From NCBI GenBank assembly GCA_965218425.1, contig OZ244621.1, positions 2,432,001-2,496,000 of the forward strand: a stretch of 64,000 nt of DNA, written 5' to 3'. The translations under genes were made by a program, and so were the position numbers. This stretch comes from an uncultured Candidatus Binatia bacterium. GTDB taxonomy: Bacteria; Desulfobacterota; Binatia; UBA9968; CAXXLF01. Position 1 is the stretch's first letter. Each line of letters opens with the position of its first letter. The notes below the pieces were generated by a model. The model made no database searches and had not been told where the DNA came from. It saw only the letters and a list, made by a program, of their open reading frames with translations. Shown here one piece after another: positions 29,501-38,404 of the stretch.

Positions 29501-30382
29501 GTGTCGGAAATAGTGACCTTGGGTCTCATTCAGATGAAGGTAGGAAAGGATCCCAAATCCAGTCTTGCCAAGACCACCGATAAGATTCGGGAGGCAGCCC
29601 ACAAGGGGGCGCAAATCATCTGTCTTCAAGAACTCTTCATGTTCCCTTATTTTCCCCAGAGCGAAGACGCCAAGGGGTTCAGTTTAGCTGAGTCCATTCC
29701 CGGTCCCACCACGGAGTCTTTGAGCCGGCTGGCGGGGAAAGAAAAAATTGTCATCGTTGCCTCGTTGTTTGAGAAGCGTTCCGCAGGGGTCTACCACAAC
29801 ACGGCAGTGGTGCTCGATGCCGACGGGTCCTTATTGGGTAAGTACCGTAAGATGCATATTCCGGATGATCCTGGCTACTACGAAAAATTCTATTTCACTC
29901 CAGGAGACCTTGGCTTTCCAAGCTTCGAGACTCGTTGTGGCAGGATTGGCATTCTCATCTGCTGGGATCAGTGGTTTCCCGAGGCTGCTCGTCTCGTCTC
30001 CTTGAGCGGGGCGCAGATCATATTTTATCCCACCGCCATCGGGAAGATATCCGAGGACACCCCCGCGGCGGCAAGGTCCCAACGCCTCGCGTGGAAGCTC
30101 GTACAGCAGGGGCACGCGGTGGCCAACGGTGTTTACGTCGCCGCGGTTAACCGGGTTGGGCGTGAGGGAAAGCTCCAGTTCTGGGGCAGCTCGTTCGTAG
30201 TGGATCCCTTTGGCGAGATGGTCGCGGAAGCCAACGACTCCAAGGAAGAGATTTTGCTCGCCAACTGTGATCTTCACAAGATCGACGAGACACGCCAAAA
30301 CTGGCCGTTCCTGCGGGACCGCCGTATCGATGCCTACGGGGCCCTGACGGCCCGTTTCCTCGATCAAGACTCTTCAGGGTAG
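29501..30382 (+). CDS. aguB: N-carbamoylputrescine amidohydrolase (nitrilase family)
   Basis: LQELF, YRKMHIP, ICWDQWFPE triad; adjacent to agmatine deiminase. Confidence 0.9.
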   Translation: MSEIVTLGLIQMKVGKDPKSSLAKTTDKIREAAHKGAQIICLQELFMFPYFPQSEDAKGFSLAESIPGPTTESLSRLAGKEKIVIVASLFEKRSAGVYHNTAVVLDADGSLLGKYRKMHIPDDPGYYEKFYFTPGDLGFPSFETRCGRIGILICWDQWFPEAARLVSLSGAQIIFYPTAIGKISEDTPAAARSQRLAWKLVQQGHAVANGVYVAAVNRVGREGKLQFWGSSFVVDPFGEMVAEANDSKEEILLANCDLHKIDETRQNWPFLRDRRIDAYGALTARFLDQDSSG

Positions 30383-30392
30383 GAGAGGCCAG

Positions 30393-31472
30393 TTGGAATC
30401 CGGCTCCTCCGCCCCAAACCCTGCCAAAACATCGCTGATCCCTAGAGAGGAAGGCTTTTCCATGCCGGCGGAGTGGGTGATCCACGAAGCAACCTGGTTG
30501 GCCTGGCCGCAAAATCCTGATGCCTGGCCCGATCCCCTTGAGATGGTTCAGGATGTTTGGGTTCAAATGGTGGAAGTCCTCTCACATGGAGAGAGGGTTT
30601 GTCTCCTGGTAAACAACGAGGACGCTGAAAAGGACGCCGTTGCGAAAATCGGCGCTTCAGGCGCCGATCTTGGAAAAGTGTCCATTTTTAAGATCCCGAC
30701 GGTGGATGTTTGGATCAGAGACTATGGGCCAACCTTCGTTACGCGGAAGCGAGGGAAAACAAGAGTCGGTCTCAACAACTGGGTGTTCAACGCCTGGGGC
30801 CGAAAGTACGACACCTACCTCGACGATGACAGCGTTGCGGGAAAGATTGCGACCTTGCTTCGTCTCCCTGTTTTTGAGCCGGGACTGATTCTCGAGGGAG
30901 GCTCCATCGAGGTTAATGGATACGGGACTTGCCTGTCGACGGACCAGTGTCTTTTGAACCCAAATCGCAACCCCCAACTAGGGCAGGACGATATCGAAGA
31001 GACCCTGAAAAGTCTTCTAGGTGTGAGGCATTTTATCTGGCTTGACCAGGGAATCGTGGGGGATGACACCGACGGCCACATCGACAACCTCGCCAGGTTC
31101 GTCAATCCCACCACGGTGGTGTGCGCCCTGGAGGAAAACCCAGAGGACGAGAACTACCCTTCCTTGAAAGAAAACTATGAGCTTCTGCAGGGAGCCAAGG
31201 ATCAGGACGGAAAAACGCTCAATGTGGTCCCCCTTCCCATGCCTGGACCAGTGATGCATCGAGGAACGAGACTGCCCGCGAGCTACGCCAATTTTTATAT
31301 CGGCAACCATTCAGTGCTTGTACCCCAGTACAGGCACCCAAACGACCAAAGGGCGGTGGAACTTCTCGGCTCCCTGTTCACCGAGCGCAATGTCGTGGGG
31401 ATCGATTGCAACCCCCTCGTCCACGGCCAAGGTGCGATCCACTGTGTTACCCAACAACAGCCCGCCCCTTGA
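30393..31472 (+). CDS. aguA: Agmatine deiminase
   Basis: MPAEW, WIRDYGP, LEGGSI, DDTDGHID, ASYANF, GAIHCVTQQQP. Confidence 0.93.
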   Translation: MESGSSAPNPAKTSLIPREEGFSMPAEWVIHEATWLAWPQNPDAWPDPLEMVQDVWVQMVEVLSHGERVCLLVNNEDAEKDAVAKIGASGADLGKVSIFKIPTVDVWIRDYGPTFVTRKRGKTRVGLNNWVFNAWGRKYDTYLDDDSVAGKIATLLRLPVFEPGLILEGGSIEVNGYGTCLSTDQCLLNPNRNPQLGQDDIEETLKSLLGVRHFIWLDQGIVGDDTDGHIDNLARFVNPTTVVCALEENPEDENYPSLKENYELLQGAKDQDGKTLNVVPLPMPGPVMHRGTRLPASYANFYIGNHSVLVPQYRHPNDQRAVELLGSLFTERNVVGIDCNPLVHGQGAIHCVTQQQPAP

Positions 31473-31498
31473 CAATAGCGATTCTTAACCCCTAAGCT
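31469..31498 (+). promoter_or_regulatory. Candidate sigma70 promoter
   Basis: TTGACA-N18-TAAGCT just before the small ORF and rmuC. Confidence 0.35.
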
Positions 31499-31509
31499 TA
31501 AACTTGCTT

Positions 31510-31722
31510 ATGGGTCAAGTGGTGGAATTCAAAGAATTGCACCGTGCACGACGTCACCGTGCGGAAAAACAAAGTACGGATCAGTGCATCGAGCTGTTAG
31601 AATGGAACCTCAAGCACAACGTGGACCGATACCTTTCCTCTCCAAACGAGGAACGGTTATTCAGGGTCACCCAGATCCGTAAGCTCAGTGAAGTGCTGGA
31701 ATACGCCCTCAGGCTACGCTGA
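31510..31722 (+). CDS. Small hypothetical protein
   Basis: 70-aa ORF that fills the gap between aguA and rmuC on the same strand. Confidence 0.55.
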   Translation: MGQVVEFKELHRARRHRAEKQSTDQCIELLEWNLKHNVDRYLSSPNEERLFRVTQIRKLSEVLEYALRLR

Positions 31723-31736
31723 TTCGACACCCACTG

Positions 31737-32846
31737 ATGTTGGAATCGCTGATACCGTTTCTTCCCTACCTTTTTGTCTTTGCCGGCTTGGCCGTTTTGG
31801 GTTGGTTTGTCTTGCGCCGCTTGGATGCCCTCCTGGCGGCAAAGAAAGAAGACCAGACGCTGCTTTTGGTCCAGCAACAAATTGATCAACTCCGCGGACA
31901 GTTCTCCCAGTCCATGGAAAACAACACCCAGCTCATTAACCAGCAACTGGGGCAAGTTTTGGGTCATGTTTCAGACCGGCTGAAGGACCATTCCGAAATC
32001 CTGCAAAAGACCCAGCAGAGCTTGGGCGAGCGGCTTGACAGCGCGGCTCGAGTGGTGGGCAACGTACAGAAGAGTCTTGGTGGCCTGGAAGAGGCCAACC
32101 GCAAGATCTATGACGTCGGAAAAGACATTGCGTCGTTGCAGGAGATTCTTCGAGCCCCAAAGCTGAGAGGCGGCTTCGGTGAATTCCTTCTGGGCGACCT
32201 TTTAGGACAGATCCTTCCTGCCAATCACTATGAGACGCAGTATGCCTTCAGGAACGGAGAAAAGGTGGACGCGGTGATCAAGCTGGGAGGATCCTTTGTC
32301 CCGGTGGATTCCAAATTTCCCCTGGAAAACTTCAAACGCATGATGAACGGGGGCTCGGACGACGAGAAAGGAAGGGCAAAAAAGCAGTTTGTGACCGACG
32401 TCAAGAAACACATCGATGCCATTGCCAGCAAATACATCCTACCAGATGAGGACACCTACAATTTTGCCCTAATGTACATCCCCGCTGAAAACATCTATTA
32501 CGAGACCATCATCAAAGACGACGCCTTTGGAGGGGACAAGAGCATCAGCCAGTATGCCTTGGGAAAGAGGGTCATCCCCGTCTCCCCCAACAGCTTTTAT
32601 GCCTATCTTCAGGCCATCGTTTTGGGACTCAAGGGAATGAAGATCGAGGAGCGGACCAAAGAGATCCTGCAGTACCTGGGTCGGCTCAACGGTGACTTCT
32701 CTAAATTCAAGGACGATTTCGAGCTGCTGGGCAAGCACCTGGGCCATGCCCAGTCCAGCTATCAGAACGCCGACAAGCGCCTCGACCAGTTCGCCCTGAA
32801 GCTCGTTGCCGCAGAGGCGGATAAAAAAGAGCTTCCAGAATCCTGA
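31737..32846 (+). CDS. rmuC: DNA recombination protein RmuC
   Basis: N-terminal TM and coiled coil; RGGFGE, VDSKFP, KYI, MYIPAE, VSP. Confidence 0.93.
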   Translation: MLESLIPFLPYLFVFAGLAVLGWFVLRRLDALLAAKKEDQTLLLVQQQIDQLRGQFSQSMENNTQLINQQLGQVLGHVSDRLKDHSEILQKTQQSLGERLDSAARVVGNVQKSLGGLEEANRKIYDVGKDIASLQEILRAPKLRGGFGEFLLGDLLGQILPANHYETQYAFRNGEKVDAVIKLGGSFVPVDSKFPLENFKRMMNGGSDDEKGRAKKQFVTDVKKHIDAIASKYILPDEDTYNFALMYIPAENIYYETIIKDDAFGGDKSISQYALGKRVIPVSPNSFYAYLQAIVLGLKGMKIEERTKEILQYLGRLNGDFSKFKDDFELLGKHLGHAQSSYQNADKRLDQFALKLVAAEADKKELPES

Positions 32847-32850
32847 ACCT

Positions 32851-32935
32851 TTACCCTATCGTCCTGACCACGCGATCGTGTTTTCTTAAAACCTCTTGGC
32901 CGATTCTTTAGCCTCTTTTTTCCGTTACCCGTTGG
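32851..32935 (-). pseudogene. Decayed 3' fragment paralogous to the gene at 38405-38653
   Basis: 27/32 identity at the 3' end including exact TCCTGACCACGCGAT; frameshifted translation about TGNGKKEAKESAKRFLRKHDRVVRTIG vs TGPGEKETEEAAKKFLQEHYRVVRMIW. Confidence 0.7.
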
Positions 32936-33454
32936 TTGCGCCTGCACTGATTCATTCGAATCGCGCTGTTACCAATAAAGATTGCCTATCATAGCCAGTT
33001 GTCCATGGTGTTGACGTGGCGCTGAGTCTAGTGAACCGGCTCACCGTGGCAGGTCATCTTGCCCAATTGAAGGGGGCGACGCAGTCTCGTTCCTCTTTTG
33101 TCGCTTCCTGTCTTTGGAATCTGATGCGCCTACGATACCGTTGACGTTTGGTCGTACAAGTTTCACCGCATTCAAGTTCGATCTTAACTCGATTGTCATC
33201 CAATCCCCATAATCGGTTAACAAACGCTGGTCATAATAGATCCGTAAACTTGAGTATAATGGAAATGAGGCTCAATTTTAATCTTGATCTGATGCGCAAC
33301 CTTCACCCGCAAACACGGAACGCTCCGGACGTGAGTCCGGGAATGAACGTTCCGAGCTTCCCCCGCGGCAGGCGTGTAGGCGGACGGAAATAGTTGGAAA
33401 TGGGCCGGAAACCGGCTGAATTTTCCGGGGTATTTTGAAACCAGAACCGGCTCA

Positions 33455-33552
33455 GGCTTGCCCTCTTGCTATTTTGAGTTCCCTTCCCTTTCGGATTCCA
33501 GCTTGTATTGTACCCATTCTCTCTTGGAATGTCCTGTCCATTTGGACGCGGT
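33455..33552 (+). repeat. Copy 1 of a ~98-bp imperfect direct repeat
   Basis: Aligns end to end with 35651-35747; last 29 bp identical. Confidence 0.9.
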
Positions 33553-33569
33553 CCACCAAAGCATGGATG

Positions 33570-33760
33570 CGATCCTTTCTCGTCAATGGCATTTAGCTGG
33601 GCGTATCGTTTGTGATGGTCTATCCCGACGTAAAGCATGGGGTCTTCTCCTTTCAGGTTTGATGGCCGCTGCAACCGCCATCCTGCTGGAGCTTGACCCC
33701 TTTTTCATGTTACCTGACCCCAATTATCAGCGTTTGATAAGTCGCGCCCTTTTCAACCAA
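33570..33760 (-). mobile_element. IS110-family remnant: 5' end of the transposase plus upstream non-coding end
   Basis: AAAGGAG RBS and ATG 33638: MLYVGIDHHKRYAQLNAIDEKG, matching the N-terminal GID motif of DEDD IS110 transposases; truncated after about 22 codons. Outer boundary approximate. Confidence 0.65.
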
Positions 33761-33798
33761 AGGAGGCCAACCAAGGCGGCGTTCCACTGAGCCTACCA

Positions 33799-34383
33799 CT
33801 ACCTTGCCGTCCACACCATCTGTATGTAATTGCGGGAGCTAACAAGATTAGTACAAAATTCAGCACCTCGTGTAGCGAGCGGCGCAAGCACACTTAAGAC
33901 GCACGCTTCAAAATTCTTTGAATGTATTTCCCACTTACTCCAATCGTAATATCTATTATCAACGAAATCCTTTCGATGCTCCTTCAAGAACTCATCCAAT
34001 GTTCCGTCGTGTTTTGTGCCTTTCCCTTTCAAACTTTCCCAACAATCGCGTGCTTCGCCTTGTGCCTTTTTTGCATCATTTATATCCTTAGCGTCGTCGG
34101 TCAGTGAAAAAAACAAGTCGTCTAACTCGTGCCTGTGATCGTAGGTGCCTTGATCACTCAGATTCCGTTTCAATGACTTCAGGGCAACTTCGATGGCAAA
34201 AGGAAACATCGTATATATAATGTGCGACAACCCAATAATTTCTTGTTCCCTCCCAGTTCGATTACCGATTGTAGAAATAGTGAGTGAACCGGCTGTCGTT
34301 CGTTGACTAACTTGATTTACCAGCCCCTTCAAAGCAACATATAACTCTAACGCCCTTAACCCATTCAATTTATCCTTACTCAT
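33799..34383 (-). CDS. AT-rich hypothetical protein, HEPN-like
   Basis: FAIEVALKSL...HRHELDDLF...FVDNRYY fits the ExxLK / HxLxxL / RY HEPN pattern. Confidence 0.6.
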   Translation of the reverse strand: MSKDKLNGLRALELYVALKGLVNQVSQRTTAGSLTISTIGNRTGREQEIIGLSHIIYTMFPFAIEVALKSLKRNLSDQGTYDHRHELDDLFFSLTDDAKDINDAKKAQGEARDCWESLKGKGTKHDGTLDEFLKEHRKDFVDNRYYDWSKWEIHSKNFEACVLSVLAPLATRGAEFCTNLVSSRNYIQMVWTAR

Positions 34384-34552
34384 AACCTAACTCACTGTGT
34401 AATTTGGTATATAATTCCCATAAGAAGTCCCCAAAATTCCAAAAAAAATCCACCAGTTCAAACTGAGGCAGTACCCTCGAAGCCGATCCGTCGGACTGCT
34501 CTCAGCGCGTGTCCGGCAGTGTGTCAAGTTCCTCAATTCGAGCGGACAGCAC

Positions 34553-34885
34553 TTACTCAGCCACAGGCCGTTCCAGAGCATCCTTCAGCAAGGGGAGGTC
34601 GTCCTGAATGGTAAGCCATACGTACTCCAAATCAAGCTGGTAGTAATCGTGTACCGCGCGGTCACGGAACCCCGCGATCTGTCTCCACGGAAGGGAGACA
34701 CGCTCCTTGAATTCATCCGACAATCGCTTCGACAGCTCGCCGATCACAGCAAGCTGCATGATGACTGCGCTCTGCACGACTTCGCTAGCGATAAATGCGT
34801 CCTTGTCGAGGCCCGCTACAAAGCGCTCGATCTTTGCGACTGCGTCCACGATCTGCTGCCGGTAGACATCATCGGACTTCTTCAT
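34553..34885 (-). CDS. hepT: HepT-like (DUF86) HEPN RNase toxin
   Basis: IGE, PWRQIAGFRDRAVHDY (Rx4HxY), VW. Confidence 0.9.
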   Translation of the reverse strand: MKKSDDVYRQQIVDAVAKIERFVAGLDKDAFIASEVVQSAVIMQLAVIGELSKRLSDEFKERVSLPWRQIAGFRDRAVHDYYQLDLEYVWLTIQDDLPLLKDALERPVAE

Positions 34886-35162
34886 AGACGGTTTGGAGTT
34901 CCCGGAGGGCGAAGGGCTTCACGTGGAGATTCAGGCTGTTCCTGGTAACGAGGTCCACCTTGCATCCGAGTGCGGTCTCGAGTTCGTCGTTCAACGCAAA
35001 GAATTTGAGCAGACTCACCGGTTGCTTGAGATCGACGAGGACATCAACATCACTCTCCGGCCTATCCTCGCCGCGGGCGACAGATCCAAAGACACCGGCG
35101 TATTGCACGCCGTTGCGTTCGAGGATCGGGGCCGCTTTCTGCCTGATTTCATTGAGGGTCAT
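34869..35162 (-). CDS. mntA: MntA-like minimal nucleotidyltransferase antitoxin
   Basis: FGSVARGEDRPESDVDVLV (GSx10DxD), KVDLV; overlaps hepT. Confidence 0.92.
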   Translation of the reverse strand: MTLNEIRQKAAPILERNGVQYAGVFGSVARGEDRPESDVDVLVDLKQPVSLLKFFALNDELETALGCKVDLVTRNSLNLHVKPFALRELQTVYEEVR

Positions 35163-35304
35163 GTCCTTAAGTATATACGATCAATGGCAGGATTTGACAA
35201 GTTCCCGGATTCCCGCAAGACAGGACTATCCCGCGCCCTGAGTTTCCGTGGGCAGACCAAAGGCCGAGGGTGCGTGGTCAGAGGCTTGATCCCTGCCGGT
35301 GTTT

Positions 35305-35500
35305 GCCGCCGGCGGCAGGCTTCGCTGCCGTTGTACAGCTCGGTCGCCAGTTGTAGCAGACTGAGCTTCCTTCGTACAGCTTTCTTGGTAGTTGTCATTT
35401 GATCCCTCCTGTTCAGGTTTGTTTTTGGTCATCCAAACCCTAGCAGGAGCGCATGGCCGCTGATCTTCCCTCGAATGTTGTACCACTTTCTAAGTTAGAA
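35305..35500 (-). mobile_element. IS481-family remnant (5' end of the transposase)
   Basis: AGGAGG RBS and ATG 35398: MTTTKKAVRRKLSLLQLATELYNGSEAC, resembling the IS481 N-terminal HTH; similarity lost afterwards. Confidence 0.6.
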
Positions 35501-35650
35501 GTTGGGCCGTTTTCGGCGGTGGCAGGTCAGTTGGGATTTGGCCGACAGAGGGTTCTGGCAGTGGTTAGGGAAAGCAGCTCCCCTGGCTCGACAAAGCGCG
35601 TCCTTACGACGAGCCTGGCTATTGCAGCTATAAAACCGAAACCAGTGTCC

Positions 35651-35747
35651 GGCTTGCCTTTTTGCTATTTGGGTTCCCTTCCCCTTCGGATTCCGGCTTG
35701 TATTATACCAATTCTCTTTTGGAATGTCCTGTCCATTTGGACGCGGT
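35651..35747 (+). repeat. Copy 2 of the ~98-bp imperfect direct repeat
   Basis: Matches 33455-33552. Confidence 0.9.
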
Positions 35748-36091
35748 GTTCTAATTGGCCCAACCCACGGCTCATCACCCCAGCATCACGGCTTGAATAT
35801 CGGTTAAGCGAACGAAAATAATTGGAAAATCCGACAAAATCAGATGGAAACGGGCCGGAAACCAGCCGGATTTTAAGGGGCGTTCAGGGCTCGAAAAACG
35901 GCCCTGAAAGGGCCGTTAAATCGAAACCGGGGCGCGAAAGGTCGAACACCTTGAATACGGCGTTTTTCAAGCGACCCCTATGATGCGTCCTCCAACCTTC
36001 CATAGAGGATTGACTCGAGGCGCTCAATTCGAGTAACCTACTCTCGCCGGGGACGGATATGGCCACAGGTCGCTCCCGAAAGGAGAATCGG

Positions 36092-37111
36092 ATGAAGTGT
36101 AAACCAGGGATAGTAATCGCGGTTGTGATTTCATTGCTCACGGCACAGGCAGGCTTCGCAGGCGAGAAAGAACCGGCCAAGGCAAAGGCTTTTTACAACG
36201 GCAAGACCATCAATTGGATGATCGGGTCGTCACCGGGAGGATCCGTGGACGGAACGTCCCGGCTGACCGCGCCTTTCTTCGAAAAGTATACGGGCGCTAA
36301 AATCGTGCTTCAGAACCGGCCCGCGGGCAGCGGCGTGGGCATGTTCAATCATCTCTATAACAGGACCCGACCGGACGGATTGACCGTGGGTTGGCATCTC
36401 GGCTCGACTCAAACGCTGAGCAGGGTTTCGGGGCGAGCGGGTATTCAATACGATCTGGAGAAATTGCACTGGATCGGCGTGGTCGCTCCCACGGAAAACA
36501 CCCTTCTCGCTTATAAGCCGAGGTTCAAATCGCTGCAGGATCTGAAGCGAGCCGATAAACCCCTTCAATGGGGCCTGACTCGCTTGGGCGGCAACAATTA
36601 TTTTATCGGTCTCACACTACGCGAGGTGTTGGGCCTCAACGTGAGGTTCGTTCCCGGCTACCGGGGCAGCGCCTCGGTGCGGCAGGCCCTGATGAGCGGA
36701 GAGGTGGACGTGGCCGCCTATGGGGCGAACCTCTACGCCGCAGCCATCAAAGACGGGTTGGTCGTGCCGTTATTGCACATCGGACAAAGGCGAGCCCCTG
36801 CGGCGCCTGATACGCCCACGCTCTATGAAACCGTCAAGAATATTCCTCAGCCGTTGGACAGCTGGATCAGAATCGGGGAAGTAGGCTACTTTATGGCAAC
36901 CAATCCAGGGGTGCCGAAGGAAAGAGTCGAGTTCCTCAGGTGGGCGTTAAGGCAAGTCACACGGGATCGCGAGTTCACGAATCAGGCCAAGAAAAAAGGA
37001 TATGTAATCGGTTACCTTTCGCCGGATGAGGCGTTTCCCATCGTGCGAAAACTCCTGCACCCGTCCCAGAAAGACCGGGAAAAACTTGACCGGATGCTGA
37101 AAGGCGAGTAG
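36092..37111 (+). CDS. Bug/TctC tripartite tricarboxylate transporter solute-binding protein (orphan)
   Basis: Signal peptide; FYNGKTI, SPGGSVD, NRPAGSG, PDGLTV, VPGYRGS, ALMSGEVD. Confidence 0.88.
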   Translation: MKCKPGIVIAVVISLLTAQAGFAGEKEPAKAKAFYNGKTINWMIGSSPGGSVDGTSRLTAPFFEKYTGAKIVLQNRPAGSGVGMFNHLYNRTRPDGLTVGWHLGSTQTLSRVSGRAGIQYDLEKLHWIGVVAPTENTLLAYKPRFKSLQDLKRADKPLQWGLTRLGGNNYFIGLTLREVLGLNVRFVPGYRGSASVRQALMSGEVDVAAYGANLYAAAIKDGLVVPLLHIGQRRAPAAPDTPTLYETVKNIPQPLDSWIRIGEVGYFMATNPGVPKERVEFLRWALRQVTRDREFTNQAKKKGYVIGYLSPDEAFPIVRKLLHPSQKDREKLDRMLKGE

Positions 37112-37178
37112 GAACCGCCGCCGATATACACTCTTGCCGATCCAGATCTCATGGGCCGCCGGGGGGTAATCAGAACGC

Positions 37179-37922
37179 TCAGTCTTCAGACTTTTTTCGA
37201 ACCAGGACCCGCACGTGACCCTCTTCGCTCGTTGCGCGCTTATCCAGGTCAAAGAGCTGCGTGGCTTCTATGAGCCCGCTCAGCTTCGCATAGCCGTAAT
37301 TACGGGAATCGAAGTCGGAAAACCGCTGCGCGATCCGGTTTGCGACCGTTCCATGATCAGCCCAGCCTGACTCGTCCGCGGCGGCTTCGACAACGGAGCT
37401 GAGCAGTCCGATCAGCTTCGAATCGCGTTTCAGCTGGTCCGTGGTCTTTCGGCGGGTCTCGGGTTGCGATTTATCGGGCTGGACGAGAATCTCCGTGAAT
37501 ATGAACTTGTCGCATGCGGACACGAAGGCGCGCGGTGTCTTGTTCTCGCCAAATCCGTAAACGCGAAGCCCTTCTTCCCGAATTCGAGAGGCGAGCCTGG
37601 TAAAGTCGCTGTCGCTCGATACAAGGCAGAACCCCTGGAACCGCCGTGAGTATAGAAGGTCCATGGCGTCGATAATCATCGCGCTGTCGGTGGAGTTCTT
37701 GCCAACCGTATATCGAAATTGCTGGACGGGTTGTATCGCATGGCCAAGCAACACGTGTTTCCACGAGTTCAGCTGAGGCTGGGTCCAGTCGCCGTAGACC
37801 CGACTGACCAATGGAACCCCGTAATTCGATATCTCCGAGATCAGGCCCGTTACAATGCCGGGCGACGCGTTATCCGCGTCTATCAGCACTGCCAGCTTAT
37901 CCGGCATAGCTTCCTGCTCCAT
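37179..37922 (-). CDS. NYN-domain nuclease with C-terminal OST-HTH/LOTUS domain
   Basis: VLIDADN, YGDW, GKNSTD...IDAMD, VSSDSDF, ACDKF, FDSRNYG. Confidence 0.92.
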   Translation of the reverse strand: MEQEAMPDKLAVLIDADNASPGIVTGLISEISNYGVPLVSRVYGDWTQPQLNSWKHVLLGHAIQPVQQFRYTVGKNSTDSAMIIDAMDLLYSRRFQGFCLVSSDSDFTRLASRIREEGLRVYGFGENKTPRAFVSACDKFIFTEILVQPDKSQPETRRKTTDQLKRDSKLIGLLSSVVEAAADESGWADHGTVANRIAQRFSDFDSRNYGYAKLSGLIEATQLFDLDKRATSEEGHVRVLVRKKSED

Positions 37923-37930
37923 GGTAAATT

Positions 37931-38088
37931 CCTAAACGCGGGGGTCAGGTCCGGCCGAACTGTTGCCCAAACGCCGGTTAAATAGCACAATAGACCCAAC
38001 GAACTATAACGCGCCGTGTTTCAACACTACCCCGAACGCTAGGCCATGAACGATAAGACCGCCGCCATGGACCTGGACGAGTTATATG
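37931..38088 (-). other. Degenerate attC-like site upstream of the NYN gene
   Basis: Minus strand CATATAAC-TCGTC-CAGGTCC ... GGACCTG-ACCCCCGC-GTTTAGG, ending 8 nt before the ATG. Confidence 0.35.
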
Positions 38089-38367
38089 CCACATTCCTCC
38101 ACATATCTCCCGAGGGGGTCGAGGCCGCCAAGGCTGCTCGAAAAGAAGCCGGCCGGAGACGAAAATAGACTCCCAAAACACCCCCCTGAAACGGCCTTTA
38201 GAGGCCGGTTGTCGACAGTTTCAGGCAAAATTCTTTTTATTTCTTTTTTTTGGGCTTTCGAGACCGGGAGGGGGTTCAAACACTTGGAAAACAAGGCCTT
38301 CAATCCGGTTTATTCCGCCTGGTTTCGGATGATTCCATTTCCGGATATCTCTGTCTCCTCACAAAGC

Positions 38368-38402
38368 GCCCGAAAGCCATGGACGCAAGTCCGTGGCTCG
38401 GG
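38368..38402 (-). terminator. Hairpin directly after the 38405-38653 gene
   Basis: AGCCATGGAC-GCAA-GTCCGTGGCT; followed by TTT on the minus strand. Confidence 0.45.
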
Positions 38403-38404
38403 GT

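Noticed and set aside
33396..35880. CRISPR array or tRNA-derived att site
   Set aside because: Only two copies of each repeat, over 2 kb apart; no cas genes and no cloverleaf seen.
38361..38400. c-di-GMP-I riboswitch (CAAA...GAAA...GACGCAA)
   Set aside because: The stem around GAAA does not pair and the site lies downstream of a gene end; a simple hairpin explains it.
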